Positions 48,601 through 59,540 of a stretch of 64,000 nucleotides of DNA are shown one piece after another. Position 1 is the stretch's first letter. Each line of letters opens with the position of its first letter. The notes beneath the pieces are model-generated. The model did not search any database. It was not told the origin of the DNA and was given only the letters and a program-made list of their open reading frames with translations. Source of the stretch: Podarcis liolepis (Eukaryota). Where the stretch lies: NCBI GenBank assembly GCA_965112155.1, contig OZ218105.1; one strand, written 5' to 3'. The position numbers were made by a program, and so were the translations under genes.

Positions 48601-51600
48601 GGAGATCAAGGAGATGTTCATTTTAATGTGAATATACCTGATTCACACTCCCTTAATCAATACAAGAACTGAAATGCAACTTTCTTTGAAAATTTGTATT
48701 TCTCCAAATTTCCCGGTGCAGTTTGTGGGAGCTAAAGTATGCATGGAAATGTATATATTAGTAAAAATAATATACAGTACAGGGATGCATTATCAGGAGA
48801 ATTTATTGCAAAAATGCATACACTAGGTAAAAGTGCACACAAAAATATGAATTTTAGGAGAAATGCCAACAAAAATGTATACAGTGTTTTGTGTGGATTT
48901 TTCAAAAAAAAATTCAGAAACTGATGCAGAAATGAGGTGAAATGGATTTAAGTAACTCCATGCATTAGACTGTTTTATGGTTGTCTAACAAATAAAACAA
49001 TAGTTAATGTTAATTTTCGATTAAAATATCTTACTAATTGTTCTTTCTGCCTTGTTTTATTTAAATAATGCTAACTCAATGTTATCCCTATTTCTCACTG
49101 TAGAGCACAACTGGAAATATTTCTTTGTACTGCTGCAGTATTTTTGACTTCACCAGGTAGGAACAAAATGATAACTCTGAATATTTCTGCAAATTAGAAT
49201 GGTGCTAAGCTCTGTTTGATCTGAACCCATCAAATATTTCCTAAGAAATAAGGACAGACGTTCAGAATATGCTGGATAGAGCATATTTTCCATCTTAACG
49301 TGGTAATTGCTGATGCATCATTATTTCCAGAACAGGGAGGTATCTTTTCCAATTAATTATGATTCAGTTTGCAGTTTGCAAGATTAAATGTCTCTTGTGA
49401 ACACTGAAAGTGCTTCAGTGCAGTTACATGTACACAGATTGCAATACTATTGGCTAAGAATTCTTGGTGCTGCCCATAATCTTTGTAAAACTAACTGTTG
49501 ACTTCAGTAGTATGCGGCCTGCACCCCCAGACCAGATAGTCAAATTTCCCTAGCTGGGGTTAAATCTCTGATCAGTCAATTTTGTTCCTAAATAGAGTGG
49601 GCTGATTAGGTGGACCGAATTATGATCATCTCCTTTGTTTCAGCATGAGATCTTTAAATAGCATTGTATTAGTTTTACTCTCATCATTCTGTTTAGTAAC
49701 TTAAGGAAATTCCTGGAATGACAGTTTCCATCTCCTCATCTCAGCAGCTCCCTGCATGTTCTGTACACCCCAAAAAGCCTCTAAGGAGGATTGGACGTCC
49801 TCTTGAACAATGTGGGGTGGAACACAGGGGATTGCTGAAAGGGGAAGGATAAGTCAAAAGCAGAAAAAGTTCATTCCATGAACTTGTTTTTGTTCATGGA
49901 AGGCGTAGCCACTTTCATATGGGGCGGTTGCTTTCCTATGTTTACAGGATGCAGCCTGTTCATTTTGACCTTCAGCTTCATTGAATGCTCTGGATGAAAA
50001 ACCCAATTGCATCATCTGGGTGGCTCTTGCTTAAGCAGACTGAGAGCTCTGTGCAGTAATTTAAAACCCCACTGCTTTTTTATGCAACATCTGTCTTTCC
50101 TGTCTAGATCATAAAACTGTGGTTGTTACAGCTTCTGATATGCAATGCTTCCTCCCTCTCTCCTCCTTCTTGTAGCGCCATCACTGGCAAGTTTGATGCG
50201 ATTTGGGATAGGGGATCTCTAGTAGCTGTTAACCCTTGTGACAGAGAACGGTTAGTAACTATCGCTGAAATTTATGCTCTGTTGATGTTGAGACCTACTA
50301 TCCTTTGCTAAAAGCCTCTGGCTTTAAGGAAAGAATAATTTCCTCTTTGGCATCACTGAATAACTTAAACAAGCCACTCTGCCACTTGAGGCTACTCAAG
50401 TTCCGTAATACCCAGTTCCATAATAAATGGAATAGCAATGGAAATCCCTGGCTTGTTGAAGTTAAGCCTAAAGCAGTTGCCTCACACACCAGTCCAACAG
50501 TGCAGGGGGATTGCACAGGCAAGGGGCCACATGGAGTGTGGGTGAAGTGCTCATTTTCAGGCCAGAAGGCCTGACCTTTTAAGGGACTCTGGTTTTGCAA
50601 ATGGGGCAGGGCCTACGAGAGGTGAACTGGAGGCAGAGGCCCAGGTTTGTCCATTTCCCATTCTGTAACAATACTCTGTACTTTGTTGTTACAGAGCTCC
50701 ACTAAAGATGAACCCACCAACATCAAAGTTTTGTGCTAGATTTTGGGAGATAATAGAGCTTTGTTACAGTGGCCCTGCAATGGAGATTTGTTACAGTGCT
50801 GGGGCAATCCTTTCTTTGTTAGGGAGATTGCTTGTTAATGGCCCAAAATGAGCATGTTTCCTTGATGAGAACAAATGCCCAGATAGGTTTGCAAGGAAGA
50901 AACTGAGTGGAGTAGCAAATCTGCTACTTCCATAGAAGTGCAAATGCTGCTTTTCTCCAGTTAGCATTTATCTCTTTGTAAATAAACCAAGTATTTTTAA
51001 AAGGCCGTAAAACTCAAGTTCCCTCTCCTCCAAAGGGAACTGAATCCAGGAAGGTCTTACTGCTTGGGGAAGTGGGAACTGTGTGATTGTGTTAAAATGC
51101 ACTGCCTGAAGTGACACAATGTTTGGGCTTCTTAATTTTCTTTTTAGCTATAGCCAGTTGATATTATCACTAATGGACAGCAGGTGTCATTGTCTACTAG
51201 CAACCTGTTTATATGACCCAAGCAAACATAAAGGTAAGATATTATGATTGAACTCCATCTTGACATTGTGAAAATCCTACTTATGAATCATGCAGCCTGG
51301 TTTCTTGGGAAGGGGTGACCTTTTGTGACTAGAGATGATTATGAAACTCAGGCATGGGCCCAACATGAGATTTTGAGGCAGCACACGTTCAGCAAGACTG
51401 AAAAGTCAGGTTTCCCAAATGTCTGTTGGTCTGTGATCCCAGCGCACATTTGATTTTCCCCATTATTACCGTATTTTTCGTCCCATAGGACGCTCCATCC
51501 CATAGGACGCACCTAGTTTTTTGGGGGGGAAATAAAGGAAAAAAATTTCCCTTTATTTCCCCCCAAAAGCAGGTCGGGAAAACCAAACCAGCTCGAGGAA

Positions 51601-54092
51601 CAGCGGGATGGTGGCACTGCACCTCCCTGCTGTCCCCCGAGCTTGTGGGGCTGGCCCATGTCTGCCCGGCGCGCGGGGCGCTCTGCTTCAGGGCGCCCTG
51701 CCCGCTGGGCAGCAGGCTGCTATCTGCAGCGTGGGGAGCCCTGCAGGGGCCTCCCGCAGGGCTCCCCATGCTGCGGATGTGTTCCTGAAGCGCCGGGCGC
51801 TCTGCTTTCAGCGTGCCCGGTGCTCCGGGAAGCAGGCTGCTATCCGCAGCCTAGACAGCCCTGCGGGAACTCCCGCAGGGCTGCCTAGGCTGCTGATGTC
51901 TTCCTGAAGCCTGGAGAGCGAGAGGGGTCGTTGCGCACCGACCCCTCTCACTCTCCAAGCTTCAGCGAAAGCCTGCATTCGCCCCATAGGACGCACCCAG
52001 ATTTCCCATTCATTTTTGGAGGGGAAAAAGTGCGTCCTATAGGGCGAAAAATACGGTGCTTGCCTACTTTTTCATTCTAAAATTGTGCTCCAGGCAACTT
52101 ATAAAAATTCTAGTTAAAATACAACGGAGAAGGTTGTAGCTCAGCAGTAAAGCATCTGTGTTGCATGCAGAAAGTCCCAGGTTCAATCCATGGCTGGAAA
52201 TGGCCCTGTGTGAAATCCTAGACAGCTGCTGCCAGATGTTGTAGACAATGCTCAGCATAAGGCAGCTTTCTATGTTCCTAATTCAATGCAAAAACAAGAT
52301 AGCAGGTCAAGGGATAACAACATAAAAGAATGCACAGTCCAAGTGTTTGTGGATTTCTACTGCCAGTTGATTTCAAAAAGATGCAACTAAGGTTAATATT
52401 TAGGGATCAGGAGCAAGCCACTGTACCAGGGTTACCCATGCAATTTCCCACTTTCTCATAAATTGCACCCATCCTTCTTAACTAGGTTTGGCGGTACAAG
52501 TGGCCCTCACTAAACTGGCTTGAAATTGAACAGGTTGCATACGTAAACTTGTGTAGGGTTCTTAAAGTGAGTTTATAGCCATACTTAGTTTGATTTCTCC
52601 TTATTAATTGGTTGGTTTCTTTTTCAGGTCCACCCTTCTATGTTCCTGATTCTGAAGTGAAATATTTATTTGGTGAGTCAGCTGAACAATGGTTTTGACT
52701 TCTGTCAAAATGCATGTGGCAGACCCAGCGTGCATTCACGATGTAGGAGCAAACTGGGTGTTTTTCCACTGACAAAAGACAGTGACGCTGTTTGAGAATG
52801 TTTGCTTCCTAAGCAGAATCCGATGGCATTGGAGTCTGAAAATAGACACCAGAAATGTATCAGAGCCCTCAAAAACCATTACTTCCCCAATTTCTTTTTT
52901 CTGCTGATTATTTTGTGCTAGGGAAAAGAAACTTGAAGCTGCACGTCTAGTCTAACAGATCCTGTCTCCTTGTGATGCAAGGTTACCTTCAATATGGAGC
53001 CCTAGTAATTTAACCTAAATTCTTGGACCATTCCTTATTCTCTTTAAATGTTTCAGATTGCCTACCTGCACATAAAGGTGGCATCCTTCATCTTGCTTCT
53101 CCCTAATTTCTTTAGACAATGCCTGCTCCGTGGATTTGAGCATGGTGGTGCTGTTTCAGTTTCATCTAAGTCTGGCTCCAGCCTGTGCAATCTGCACATC
53201 GTCACACAATTCTCTCCACTGCTATCAGCAGATGCAGGAGTTATACCCTAATAAAATACTGGTTCTGCTATCCCCGTCACTGCCAGGAGTGCTGTGGCTG
53301 CCTACTCTGGTTTCTCACTGCACAATATGTGCACAGAGGGTAATGTGATCACTGTATACAAGTATCACAGCGTTTGTAAATGCAGCCTGTTTGTATCCCA
53401 TAGCCCTTTTATCATATACGTGAACAATGCAGTGTGCCTTTTTGCTCGCGTGATTTGGAGTCAAACTGTGCAGGCAAAGGAACATATTTCACCTGCCTTT
53501 AGATTAACCACAGTTTGTTGGGGATGGATGACCTGACAAGCAGCAGCTAATCTAAACTGGAAGGAAAAGCTTCCAAACTCCTCATGGCTACACAGAAGAA
53601 AAAGGTGGGGAGCACACTAAACTTGATGTGGCTAATTCTCATCATGCTCAACTATGATTTGACTCAGGGGTAGCCAGTGTGGTGTTCTCCAAGTACTGTG
53701 GACTACCACTCCCATATCAGTTCCAGCCAGCATGGGATGATGGGAGTTGTAGTCTATCACCTCTGAAGGGCGCCACATTGACTAACTTTGTTTCAGCGTG
53801 GCATCCAAATGAGACCATTCATGGCTGTTGCGAGGGCTTAACTTCTACTTGCTTAAACGAATGAATGGCCCAAGTGAGAAGACTTTGTCTCTACCAAAAT
53901 TTATCCCTGGCAAAACAGAAAGCAAGCTTTACTTGTCCGTCTCTAGATCAGTAATTTCTTGTTCTTACTTTCCTTTCAGGCAAATCCTGTGATATTACAT
54001 GTCTTGAAAAAGTCGATGGCTTAGCAGAGAGGCCTAAGAAGTGGGGTTTAGATTACTTTTGGGAGGTGCTATACATGCTTGTGTTAAAATAG
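44338..54092 (+). CDS. TPMT: Thiopurine S-methyltransferase, 8 coding exons, 244 aa
   Basis: Coding exons: 44338-44477 (exon starts 44322), 46725-46817, 48462-48591, 49104-49156, 50176-50250, 51148-51233, 52628-52672, 53980-54092. Total 735 nt, GT-AG, phases consistent. Motifs [35 protein letters not shown] and [13 protein letters not shown]. Confidence 0.96.
44635..45008. mobile_element. Young GC-rich hAT (Tip100-like) non-autonomous element (374 bp)
   Basis: Perfect 8-bp TSD GACTAATC (44627-44634, 45009-45016); imperfect TIR CATAGGCGCCGAC/GTCCGCGTCCCTG; CpG-rich within an AT-rich intron. Confidence 0.9.
45585..45616. repeat. Compound (CT)n(CA)n microsatellite
   Basis: Direct read; embedded in a CT/CA-rich low-complexity tract at about 45280-45620. 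Confidence 0.9.
45805..45980 (+). mobile_element. tRNA-derived SINE (Squam3-like), decayed
   Basis: A-box tagctcagtagtagag; body gctgccagtcagtgtagacagtactaagc..ccaatggtctggctcag; similar to 52132-52280. Confidence 0.7.
46060..46560 (+). mobile_element. L2-like LINE 3' fragment with two small internal insertions
   Basis: aattcaaagtgttggtgctgacctttaaagcc ([10 protein letters not shown], typical of L2 ORF2 end); the remainder is the reverse complement of the 34750-35400 and 57060-57430 copies. Confidence 0.8.
46884..47229 (+). mobile_element. Sauria SINE (Squam1), near full length
   Basis: tgggttaaaccacagagcctagg..ggttcgaatccc (B box)..aagtgcaagtagataaataggtacc..gctggccacatgacc, ending in an (ACCTTT)n tail; diagnostic for squamates. 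Confidence 0.92.
50664..51118 (+). mobile_element. Putative solo LTR in a TPMT intron
   Basis: TGTAAC...GACACA termini, internal repeats ttgttacag (3x), tgtaAATAAAcc at 50981-50986. No clear TSD. Confidence 0.4.
51469..52056. mobile_element. Tc1/mariner (Tc2/pogo-like) non-autonomous element with GC-rich interior (588 bp)
   Basis: TIR CCGTATTTTTCGTCCCATAGGACGC/GCGTCCTATAGGGCGAAAAATACGG; TA on the left, TG on the right; repeated CCATAGGACGC motifs. Confidence 0.88.
52132..52280 (+). mobile_element. tRNA-derived SINE (Squam3-like)
   Basis: gtagctcagcagtaaagcatctgtgttgcatgcagaaagtcccaggttcaatcc (A/B boxes), ending taaggcagctttctatgttccta. Confidence 0.8.
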
Positions 54093-54910
54093 CCAAGAAA
54101 GATAATAAGCATCTTGGGCTGCAGGTCTGTACTCAATTACCTGAAATAAGTCCCACTGAATGGAGAACTCTTCAGAGTAAACATGTATAAGATTTTCCTG
54201 TTAAAAGTGGGAGGGTGCAGCTCAATTACTAAACATTTGAACATTATTCAAAATGAATAATTCTCTAGCTATTAGATTTGACTTATAAAATCTGTACTTC
54301 AAACTCATTTTATGTGAATTTCCATATAAAAATCACATTATTTTTGTCTGTTTTGCCTTCTGAATTATTTCACTATAAATACAGTTTTGTAAAGTTGCCA
54401 ACCTCAGCCTTTTTCTATCTAGTCCTCAAATAATGCAAAGAGGCAGTCTCCTTAGCCATATTAATGCTCATCAGCAGACATGTATAGGGTTGCTATATTC
54501 AGAGAGATGTATTGTTATGTAATTGCCAGCTTTCCAGTTTTAGGAGATCCTTTCACAAGGTCAGCTTCAATTTAAGGAAAGGATACTGGTGACATACTGG
54601 AGTTAAGAGTTGTTGCTGTTGTTTTTTGTTTACAAATGTACAGGTTGAGCAGGAGGAAGCAAGCACACACCCAGATAGATTGTACTACTTTTGTGACAGC
54701 ATCAGTTCATCCCTAATATCTGAGAAATTCCTAGCCCCACATGTCACCACCAAAATCAGCAATACTGAAGGTAAATTATTAGCAGAGCAGTGGAAAACTT
54801 TATACTCGATTTCTGTAGGTTACAATGGAGACAACTTCAAGCTGTCAATTTCAGGGTACAGTCTAGGTGTAGTGAACACATCCTGGTGGAAGCTGCTTTA
54901 CTTTATGTCG

Positions 54911-55007
54911 AAACAAAATAAAAAAATTCCTTCCAGTAGCACCTTAGAGACCAACTAAGTTTGTTATTGGTATGAGCTTTTGTGTGCATGCACACTTCTC
55001 AAGATAC
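54911..55007 (-). mobile_element. Penelope-like element terminal fragment with a decayed hammerhead motif
   Basis: ccttccagtagcaccttagagaccaactaag...tatgagcttttgtgtgcatgcacacttctcaagatac matches the recalled reptile PLE pseudo-LTR motif. Confidence 0.7.
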
Positions 55008-55589
55008 ATACTTTATATGGCATTCATACCTGCTATGGGTACATGTGTGTTTCCTACAGCAAACATGTAATGTGTAAGGGTAGACAGAGTTCTGCTTGTT
55101 TGAAACCTTTTTACACCACTCTTCAGTCAAAAAAGCCTCTCAGTACAGCAGACATAAGCTTAATCATAAAAAGTAGCTCCTTCCCACAGAATTACAGTGG
55201 AAAGCACCTGATACAAAAGGAGAAATGGATGAGGAGTAAAGGGTGGGAGGGGGGAAGAAACAACAAAGTCAGGCACCAGCTCCTAAAGTTACAACATTAT
55301 TACAATGGTTAAGAGAGTGTAGGAGCCAAACGGAGCTGGCCTCTCAGCAGAGCCACTTGACAACATAGTGAGCATTTTCAGGGGAACGGCAGCAAATCAA
55401 GGCTTCCTGGTGTGTATGTCTGCTCCTCTTACTGTACTTTCACTAAGGTTTCCTGAAATAGTTTAGCCATAGGAAACATGAAAGTCATATAAAAGTGTGA
55501 AGTGCTTCTGATTCAGAAACCTTGAATGGATCAAACCACATGAGGTATATAGCCACTCCTCCTTTGCCTCACTGAGTTATCACTTAAAC

Positions 55590-56018
55590 CAGGCGTTCCC
55601 AATTTATTTGGGGCCCACGACCTGCTTGATTCCATAAACTCATCCCCATTGCCCCCTACCCTATAAAAAGCATTATTCAGACCCTGTAAGGATCCCACTA
55701 GGAAGATAATAACACAATGAACTTCAAAACAGTGACAATTAATTGCAGCATTGGATTCAGAATCCAGTTAAAACTAAAATTGGTTAACTTGATCCAGTGA
55801 TACTAGCTATTCAAAGTCTGATAGTCTAGGGTTGCCATACATCTGGACATATCCAGAATACCACATTTATCAGCAGTGTCCTTGCGGAAATCAGTCAAAT
55901 GTCTGGGAAAATTCGGATGTATGTCAGCAGTGCCGATCTCGCAGATTTCCCCTTAAAATGACTTCGGCAACTTGCCACTGTCCCCTTTCCTCTTAGCGGC
56001 CTCCTTTGGGAACCACTG
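55590..56018. mobile_element. hAT non-autonomous element (429 bp) with a nested TAGGGTTGCCA-type fragment (about 55827-55972)
   Basis: Ends CAGGCGTTCCCAA/TTGGGAACCACTG; 8-bp TSD ACTTAAAC/GCTTAAAC (7/8). Confidence 0.75.
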
Positions 56019-56549
56019 GCTTAAACCAATAGAACAGGGCAGTGTAGGCATTATTAGTTCAGTTGCTAGAATGACTGGTGTCATTCATTACCTCAATTGC
56101 CTTGTGTCTATATGAACCCTTCTGATTCAGCTGTTCCCTCTGCTTCTGCCATTCCATACCTTTATTACAAGCGTCTTTTCCATACTGTGGAGAAAACCCT
56201 GCAGCTGAGGAAACAGCTGATGCCACAAGAGCCCTTTCTTTTGCCGGCGGGGGGGGGGGGGCGGTTGAGAGGGACCAGCCGGGAGAAGCAGCTGGTGGCA
56301 CATGTAGCAAGAAAGCACTTTCCCCCCTCTGTATTCCATCATCTGGGTGCTTTTCCACAGGAAAGTGGAGAAGCATTCTGTCAAGGGCAGGATGGTGTTC
56401 ATGCTGTTTTCTTTTTTTAACAGTTTGAACATTCACAAGACGGGGGGGAAAGGCTGCCTGTCATTTGAAAACAGTGCCAAACAGGCCTGGGATGGTCACT
56501 TGGCTTGAATGAGCAACTAAGTTGAGATTATGTCAAGAATGGCAACTTA

Positions 56550-56701
56550 CCGTATTTTTCGCTCTATAACACGCACATAGTTTTTAGAGGAGGAAAATCC
56601 GCAGGCATGCCACCCGTAGGCATTCCCTCCATAACACACACAGACATTTCCCCTTACTTTTTAGGAGGAAAAAAGTGAGTGTTATGGTGCAAAAAATACG
56701 G
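56550..56701. mobile_element. Short Tc2/pogo-like MITE (152 bp)
   Basis: TIR CCGTATTTTT/AAAAATACGG, TA TSD; ends related to 51469-52056 but lacking the GC-rich interior. Confidence 0.85.
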
Positions 56702-56892
56702 TAAATGAGGCAGGGCAGGACTTCCTTTAAAAAAAAGAACAGTTGATTGGTAAACCATTATTCACTCAAGGCCACTATGAAGGTCCCTTGGAAGGCATGG
56801 AAATAGTATTTTGTCCATGGGAAAGGAGTGGGAATTTAAGGTACAACAGGCGTGACTAGGGTTCTTCTGTGCAACCTCCCAAAAGCTTTGTT

Positions 56893-56896
<4 letters not shown>

Positions 56897-56929
<33 letters not shown>
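56897..56929. repeat. (CA)n microsatellite
   Basis: Direct read. Confidence 0.97.
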
Positions 56930-56933
<4 letters not shown>

Positions 56934-57047
56934 CTCTGTGTTTTTTAATCAATTAAAATATATCTGAAGTGATCCAGTACATGTCAAGCTGCACTCACAC
57001 CCACACAAATATTCTGTCTGCTATGCAACGGTTAAAAGAATAGGATT

Positions 57048-57137
57048 AATACTACTACTAATAATAATAATTTATTTATTTATACCCTGCCCATCTGGCT
57101 GGGTTTCCCCAAGCACTCTGAACAGCTCCCAACAGAA

Positions 57138-57198
<61 letters not shown>

Positions 57199-57432
57199 TA
57201 ATGCTGCAATAAAACATCAAACATTAAAAACTTCCCTAAACAGGGCTGCTTTTAGATGTCTTCTAAAAGTCAGAAAGTTGTTTATTTTCTTGACATCTGA
57301 TGGGAGGGAGTTCCACAGGGCAGGCACCACTACCGAGAAGGCCCTCTGCCTGGTTCCCTGTAACCTCACTTCTTGCTGTGAGGGAACTGCCAGAAGGCCC
57401 TTAGCTCTGTACCTCATTGTCCGGGCTGGACA
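57048..57432 (-). mobile_element. L2-like LINE 3' fragment containing an expanded (TAA)n tract (about 57138-57202)
   Basis: The minus-strand frame reads GLLAVPS..RQRAFSVVVPALWNSLPSDVK..FRRHLKAALFREVF, typical of the L2 ORF2 C-terminus; tail adjoins (TAC)n(TAA)n. Confidence 0.85.
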
Positions 57433-58177
57433 ATAGGAGCCACTCCATGGGGATCGGAGGAGAATGAAGTCAGGAGGACAAAGGGGGGCAGCGACTGGGG
57501 GAGAGGAAGCACCAGCAGCAGGAAAGAGAACAGAATTAGATATAAGTAGATCTAGAAGAAAGTGAGACAGCAAATTTGCAAAATAAATAGGAGTCAGCCA
57601 CAAGGGCAGCCTTAGGTCAATGGTGTACCTGATCTCTCTCTAAATAATTAATAATCCCTATTTTTTAAGAAAACACTACCAAAATGGTTGGCTTTGGTTA
57701 TACCTGAGGGCAGAGTCTCTAGTAAATCTATAAATGTTTCTCATGCTGAAGTCCAGAAGACAGCCTTTGAAACCAACTTTACACCCCACCTTTGCCCCCA
57801 CCATTTATTTGTTTTAGTGGATTTTAATTGAACAGTGATCCTTGAGAAGTGGAATGGTACAGTAAACCCAAACATACTGGATTCAATTTATACGGGTAAA
57901 GATGGGCACCTTACCAGTATTCAGGTTCATATTGCAATTGAATCAGGAGCATATTTATTCCCATTTTCACGCAAGCTAAAAATAAACACTGGAAAGAGAA
58001 GGCGAATACATGAATGGCAGGTGCCCTTGTGAATCTGCTGCTTTATCGTAAAGTTTCCTCAAGGGGGCAGCAAACTACAACCAACGCTGCCATTGCAGAA
58101 TATCGCTGTCGAGTTCACTGTCCTCACTCTGCACGAAGGCCTCTCTCTCTGATGTAAGAGGGTCTTGTGACTGCACC

Positions 58178-58185
58178 CACGTGAC
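58178..58185 (-). promoter_or_regulatory. E-box GTCACGTG (USF/TFE, CLEAR-like) about 55 nt upstream of the NHLRC1 start
   Basis: cacgtgac on the plus strand, immediately 5' of the gene. Confidence 0.45.
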
Positions 58186-58239
58186 CAGATGGCACAGGAC
58201 ACCACCAGCAGAGCAACAATCCTCTTAAGAGTTGCACAA

Positions 58240-59442
58240 ATGTCTGCCAAGGCCAGTGACAGCATGCAGACCACGACAGAGCTGCTGGACCAGACAGAGA
58301 ACAGTCTGCTCGAATGCAAAGTGTGCTTTGAAAAATACAACCAGCAGAAAAAGCGCCGGCCCAGGAACTTGCCATGCGGACATGTCATGTGCCTGGAGTG
58401 TGTCACATCACTGGCCCATCCCCGGAGTCTTAAGCTAGAGTGCCCTTTCTGCCGCAGGGCTTGCAAATCTTCCGAGACCAGCGATTGCTTGCCGTTGTTG
58501 CACCTGATGGAGATCCTGAGCTCTTCATCCATCAGTGTTCCGGTTTCAGGAAGGACCGTTGGAGCAGCTGAGGATGTGGTGATGCCAGGATCTCAGGTCT
58601 TAACATTTCACCTGTCTTTCGGAGGATGGGGGACCCTGGTCAACCCGACAGGGATTGCTGTGTGCCAGAGGTCTGCCTGCCTAGCGGTGGCTCACGACGG
58701 CAAGAAGAGGATTAAGCTCTTCAGTTTCAACGGGCGCGTCATACAGCAGTTTGGAGAAAGAGGGCAGGCAGGAAATGACATCAGGTACCCGACCGATGTC
58801 ACCATCACGCTGGACGGCCATATCGCAGTCACGGACAGCGGGGATCGTTCTGTCAAAGTGTTCGACTTCAACGGCAGGGGAAAGCTGGTTATCTCCGAGT
58901 CCTTCGGTTTACCTTGGGGTCTGGATACTACGCCTCAGAACGATGTGATCATGACCGATTCGGTGGCAGGTGCTCTGTATCGCTTGACAGCCGACTTTAA
59001 GCGGGGGGAATTAAAGGGGGTGGAAAAACTCTGTTCTAATTTGTGCGACCCGAGGAAAGTGGCCGTTTCTCAGGCCTCTGGGGCCATTGCTGTCATAGAG
59101 CATTTGATGGCGAAAGGACCTAGCTGCGGCTGCACCATGCTGAAAGTATTCGCTGCAGACATGCAGCTCATAAGCCAGGTGGACACTTTTGGCCTGAATC
59201 TAGTATTTCCTTCCAAAATATATGCCAGTGATGTGACCTTCAGCAGGGAAGGTCAAGTAATAGTAACCGATGGCTATAACCAAGCAGTCTTCTGCCTTGG
59301 AAAACCTGAAGAGTTCCCTATGTGTAAACCTATCATTACCCAGGGGCTTTCTTACCCTTTGGCACTAGCTTTCACACCAGACAGTTCTCTGATTGTCTTG
59401 GATGGTGGAGATCATTCTTTGAAAGTATTCACGGCTAGCTGA
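58240..59442 (+). CDS. NHLRC1: E3 ubiquitin ligase NHLRC1 (malin): RING finger plus NHL repeats, single exon, 400 aa
   Basis: Uninterrupted ORF 58189-59442. RING LLECKVCFEK...RPRNLPCGHVMCLEC...LECPFCRRAC, then NHL repeats (FGGWGTLVNPTG, YPTDVTITLDGHIAVTDSGDRSVKVFD). The ATG at 58240 (MSAKASDS) aligns without gaps to the recalled human start MAAEASES. Syntenic with TPMT. Confidence 0.96.
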   Translation: MSAKASDSMQTTTELLDQTENSLLECKVCFEKYNQQKKRRPRNLPCGHVMCLECVTSLAHPRSLKLECPFCRRACKSSETSDCLPLLHLMEILSSSSISVPVSGRTVGAAEDVVMPGSQVLTFHLSFGGWGTLVNPTGIAVCQRSACLAVAHDGKKRIKLFSFNGRVIQQFGERGQAGNDIRYPTDVTITLDGHIAVTDSGDRSVKVFDFNGRGKLVISESFGLPWGLDTTPQNDVIMTDSVAGALYRLTADFKRGELKGVEKLCSNLCDPRKVAVSQASGAIAVIEHLMAKGPSCGCTMLKVFAADMQLISQVDTFGLNLVFPSKIYASDVTFSREGQVIVTDGYNQAVFCLGKPEEFPMCKPIITQGLSYPLALAFTPDSSLIVLDGGDHSLKVFTAS

Positions 59443-59540
59443 AATATGGGGGTGTGCTGCTTTCACATTGCCTGATTCACAGCTTAACAGAGAGTATGTG
59501 GAAGCTCTTTGTGCCTAACACCCCAACTTCTCTAAGGATC

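Noticed and set aside
52132-52200. tRNA-like A/B-box sequences (also 45805, 21292, 46884)
   Set aside because: No intact cloverleaf, and each continues into a SINE body and tail; these are SINE heads, not tRNA genes.
57217-57603. 128-aa minus-strand ORF between TPMT and NHLRC1
   Set aside because: Its C-terminal half is decayed L2 ORF2 and the rest is chance-open sequence; not a host gene.
58189-58239. 17-aa N-terminal extension of malin
   Set aside because: The second ATG aligns exactly with the recalled mammalian start, and the first abuts a promoter E-box; no support for the extension.
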